Assembly (NCBI GenBank): GCA_037719965.1
Contig: JBBJMT010000013.1
Coordinates: 26,805-90,804 of the forward strand
Length of the DNA stretch: 64,000 bases
Reading direction: 5' to 3'
Source of the DNA: Casimicrobiaceae bacterium
GTDB lineage: Bacteria; Pseudomonadota; Gammaproteobacteria; Burkholderiales; Casimicrobiaceae
Shown: piece by piece, positions 61,135 through 64,000 of the stretch
Layout: every line of letters begins with the position of its first letter
Numbering within the stretch: position 1 is the first letter of the stretch
Position numbers and translations under genes: made by a program
Notes under the pieces: model-generated
Databases searched by the model: none
Seen by the model: the letters and a program-made list of their open reading frames with translations, nothing else
What the model was told of the DNA's origin: nothing

Positions 61135-62199
61135 CTACCCGCCGTACGTCACCAATCCTTCCGCCGACCTTTGCTGCGCGGCGAGACCGCGCACGGTCAT
61201 GCGGACGACCGGACTCGCGGGCAGCGTGAAGACCGCGTGCGGTGTTTCGGGAGCGTCGGCGCGTTTCCGTATGACCTGCATCACTGCGTCGGTCAGCAGT
61301 CGCACCGGTTGCCGAAAGGTGGTGAGCTGATAGGCGCTCCAGGCTGCCTGGGGAATGTCGTCGAAGCCGATCACCGAGAGATCGTCCGGAACGCGCCGGC
61401 CGCGATCGAGACGAGCGGCATCGAGAAAGCCGAGCGCGAGCAGATCGGTGACGCAGAACGCACCATCGATCGCGTCCTTGGCGAGCATGGCCAGCGCGGC
61501 CTCGCGGCCCGCCGAATAGTCGGTGGGTCCTTCCTGCCAAGCGCGAACGGGGACGCCCGCCTCCGCTGCCCGGTCGCAAAACGCTTCGAGGCGTTCGAGG
61601 AGGCTCGCGGTCTGCGCACCGCTCGACACGACGGCGAGCCGCCGGCATCCGGCGGCGAGAAGACGCTCCGCTGCCGCGCGGCCGCCGCTCGCATGATCGG
61701 TGACCACGGTGTCGACGGCGAAACCCGGCATCCGCCGGTTGACGAGGATCACCGGCACGCCGTTGCCGACGCACTCCTTGACAATGCGCGACGGCGGCGT
61801 GCCATTCATCACGACAATCGCGCTCACGCGATACTCCAGCACACGCTCGATCAGGGCGCCCATGTCGCGCTCCGCATTCGCAGCGTTGAGCAACATGCAT
61901 TGGAAGCCGTCTGCGAGCAATGCTGCTGAGAGCGTGGTCAGGCATTCGGCGTGAAACGGCTGGTGGATATCCGCGCCGACCAGGCCGACGATATTCGAAC
62001 GGGCATTGGTCAGGCTCTGCGCGAGCCGGTTGACGCGATAGCCGAGCCGTTCGGCGGCAACGAGAATGCGCGCGCGGACCTCTCTTGACACGCTCGCACC
62101 CGGCGTAAAAGTGCGCGAGACGGCCGAACGCGACACCCCGGCGCGCTGCGCAACGTCGGCGGCGGTGACGAACGAACCGCGAACACGCTCCTGACTCAT
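61135..62199 (-). CDS. LacI family transcriptional regulator
   Basis: VTAADVAQRAGVSRSAVSR, LGYRVN, DLSVIGFDD. Confidence 0.92.
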   Translation of the reverse strand: MSQERVRGSFVTAADVAQRAGVSRSAVSRTFTPGASVSREVRARILVAAERLGYRVNRLAQSLTNARSNIVGLVGADIHQPFHAECLTTLSAALLADGFQCMLLNAANAERDMGALIERVLEYRVSAIVVMNGTPPSRIVKECVGNGVPVILVNRRMPGFAVDTVVTDHASGGRAAAERLLAAGCRRLAVVSSGAQTASLLERLEAFCDRAAEAGVPVRAWQEGPTDYSAGREAALAMLAKDAIDGAFCVTDLLALGFLDAARLDRGRRVPDDLSVIGFDDIPQAAWSAYQLTTFRQPVRLLTDAVMQVIRKRADAPETPHAVFTLPASPVVRMTVRGLAAQQRSAEGLVTYGG

Positions 62200-62362
62200 C
62201 GCCGGCGCCCCCACATCGGTGCGAGCAGTCTACTCGTTTTGCACGCGCGTGCAAGCTTGGCGCGGCGCGATCGAAATCGTCGATAAAAGGAATAGATTTC
62301 GTGAGAGGCGAAACTGGCGCGGCGGGTAGGCAGCGCCATCATCGGCCGACACCGCAAAGGAA

Positions 62363-63223
62363 CTACGCGCCAGTGAGCAGCGCGATTGCAAGGGCCGCGC
62401 TGGCAACAGCCAAGAGCTTGCGCAGGGTAAAGCGCTCCATGGCGGATGCCGACGAGATCAGCAAAGCAACGACAAAGCTCATGTTGGCAATCGGAATCAC
62501 GATGCTGGCCTCGCCCGTGCGCAGGCCGAGCAGCAGGAAACTCGCAACCAGGCAGACCAGTGTTCCGGCGACGAGGGCGGACGGCAGGACCTCACGCAAC
62601 GGCGGTGCGGCACGGCGGCGGCGAAGCACGCCGTAGATCGCCGCTGCCAGTGTCCAGCCTGCGCCGACGTACAGCATGAACACGAAAGGATCGGTGCCGT
62701 CCGCGAGGCCGACCTTCGAGACGATGCCGAACGCGGCTCGCAACAGCGAAGCACTAATTGCGATCCACAACGACGCGCGCAACAGGCGCTTGTCGCCGCC
62801 GCGCCCACCGTGCTGATAAAGCAGGATCACGGCCATCAGGCCTAGCAGCACCCCTGCGAGCTTCGCGACGGTCAGCGCTTCACGCAGAAACGTGACCGCG
62901 AAGATGACGACCGCAATGGTGTTGAGCCGGTAGATCGTCGAACCGAGGCTCACGTTGATGCCGGCCAGGCTCTCGATGAGCAAAGCATTCGCCAGCATCA
63001 CGACGGCTCCGGCGAACATGGCCCAAAGCGCTGCCGCGGCATCGACGGCGAGCGGTACGCGAGCCATGGCAAGCGCTAGCGACTGGCCCACGATGACGAC
63101 GACACCGATCGCGACGAGATAAGCGCTCGTCACGCGGTGTGTTCCGGAGTAGCGCGCGAAGACGACGTCAAGCACGCCCGCCGCCAGCAAGCTCAGCAGC
63201 GCATAACCGACTCCGTCGCTCAC
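62363..63223 (-). CDS. DMT/EamA family transporter
   Basis: About 10 TM segments in two EamA-like repeats. Confidence 0.75.
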   Translation of the reverse strand: MSDGVGYALLSLLAAGVLDVVFARYSGTHRVTSAYLVAIGVVVIVGQSLALAMARVPLAVDAAAALWAMFAGAVVMLANALLIESLAGINVSLGSTIYRLNTIAVVIFAVTFLREALTVAKLAGVLLGLMAVILLYQHGGRGGDKRLLRASLWIAISASLLRAAFGIVSKVGLADGTDPFVFMLYVGAGWTLAAAIYGVLRRRRAAPPLREVLPSALVAGTLVCLVASFLLLGLRTGEASIVIPIANMSFVVALLISSASAMERFTLRKLLAVASAALAIALLTGA

Positions 63224-63238
63224 AGGATCTCGCGCGTG

Positions 63239-63549
63239 TTACACCTGCACCGCATCGTCGACGGGTTCCCCGCGGCGCTGATCGCCAATCAGTCGCTCGC
63301 GCAGGATTTTGGACAGGTAGTCGATGGCATAGACGGCGAGGATCAGCACGATGATGATCAAGCAGGCCTCCTGCAGCTCGTAGGCACGCAGGCGGTCTGC
63401 CAGCAGAAAGCTGAAGTTTTCGCTCCGCGCCGCTGCTCACTACCGGTGGTCGTTGCCGTCACTTCGGCTTGCGTCGGCACGGCGAACGTTACAGTGTCGA
63501 CTGCGACCAGCGATCCAAGCGACTTCGTCAAGCGCTCGACTGTAAGCAT
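63239..63549 (-). pseudogene. phnE: Collapsed phosphonate-type ABC operon: PhnC N-terminus fused to PhnE C-terminus
   Basis: MLTVERLTKSLGSLVAVDTVTFAVP (ATPase start, stops before Walker A) at 63549-63474; FLLADRLRAYELQEACLIIIVLILAVYAIDYLSKILRERLIG (PhnE end) at about 63409-63239. Confidence 0.7.
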
Positions 63550-63862
63550 CCAGCCCTCTGGTTGCTCCGTGGGCGCGGGTCTAGCTCGAATGACGCACGG
63601 CGCCGTCGAGGCAGCAGCCTGCGGCGCGCTGGCAGGAACCGGGAACGCCGCGTCGGGTCTTCTTCCGGGACGGATCGCCACGCGGACACATCCCATCCTT
63701 CGGCCGATGTTGGCGGAAGGACGCAACACCTGTCAAGACAAAGCGTCTTCCAACGGGCATAGAAGGCTGCAACGGGCCGCCTTGTTTCCAACGGCATATG
63801 AACCGAAATAAGACGATAATCGTGAGCAGTCGAACGCCGTTCTGATACGGAGTAGGTCATTC

Positions 63863-64000
63863 ATGCGCGCAATCATCATCGGCGCCGGACGCGGACGCCG
63901 CCTCATGCCGACCACCGAGAACGCGCCGAAATGCTTTGCCGAGGTCCGCGGCAAGCGCATTCTCGACTGGGCGCTCGACGCGCTCAGCGCCGGCGGCGTG
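63863..64000 (+). CDS. NTP-transferase family protein (phosphocholine/phosphonate cytidylyltransferase-like), 3' end outside the window
   Basis: MRAIIIGAGRGRRLMPTTENAPKCFAEVRGKRILD. Confidence 0.85.
   Translation, partial: MRAIIIGAGRGRRLMPTTENAPKCFAEVRGKRILDWALDALSAGGV

Noticed and set aside
60980-62254. 877-aa ORF suggesting an SBP fusion
   Set aside because: The extension is an off-frame reading of the lacI gene; the SBP has its own SD and signal peptide at 60979.
63725-63750. Pho box upstream of the phn remnant
   Set aside because: Only one CTGTCA half-site is present, with no properly spaced second repeat.
1-64000. CRISPR array, rRNA, complete tRNA, integrase or transposase
   Set aside because: No regularly spaced direct repeats, cloverleaf-compatible sequence or recombinase/DDE motifs were seen by eye; a tRNAscan or CRISPR finder run would confirm.

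Overview
64 kb of a high-GC bacterial chromosome, most likely an uncultured Betaproteobacterium (Burkholderiales-like). That call is inferred from the tandem Bug/TctC receptors and pim-type beta-oxidation genes. I found no rRNA, complete tRNA, CRISPR array, integrase or transposase. Intact content is mostly catabolic or housekeeping: an aromatic ring-cleavage-like cluster (bicupin, DapA-family aldolase, CMD-like protein, flavin reductase, orphan Rieske ferredoxin), two acyl-CoA/beta-oxidation clusters, cysK, selO, katE, a PBP-PAS-GGDEF-EAL protein, a RES-Xre toxin-antitoxin pair, a GldA/F/G-like ABC operon ending in HupE/UreJ, and a LacI-linked carbohydrate ABC operon with an EEP phosphoesterase. 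Many decayed genes are scattered between these and are mostly invisible in the ORF track: AbrB, VapC, nucleotidyltransferase, ggt, patatin-like, encapsulin-type ferritin, mntP and a collapsed phnC/D/E. There is also one 266-bp TA-flanked MITE. The best candidate for an undescribed system is at 45.1-46.5 kb: a NAL1-like trypsin-fold serine protease (two compensating frameshifts) followed directly by an intact 80-aa gene that looks like a free-standing copy of the protease's own N-terminal domain. All family assignments come from motif recognition by eye; no database search was run.
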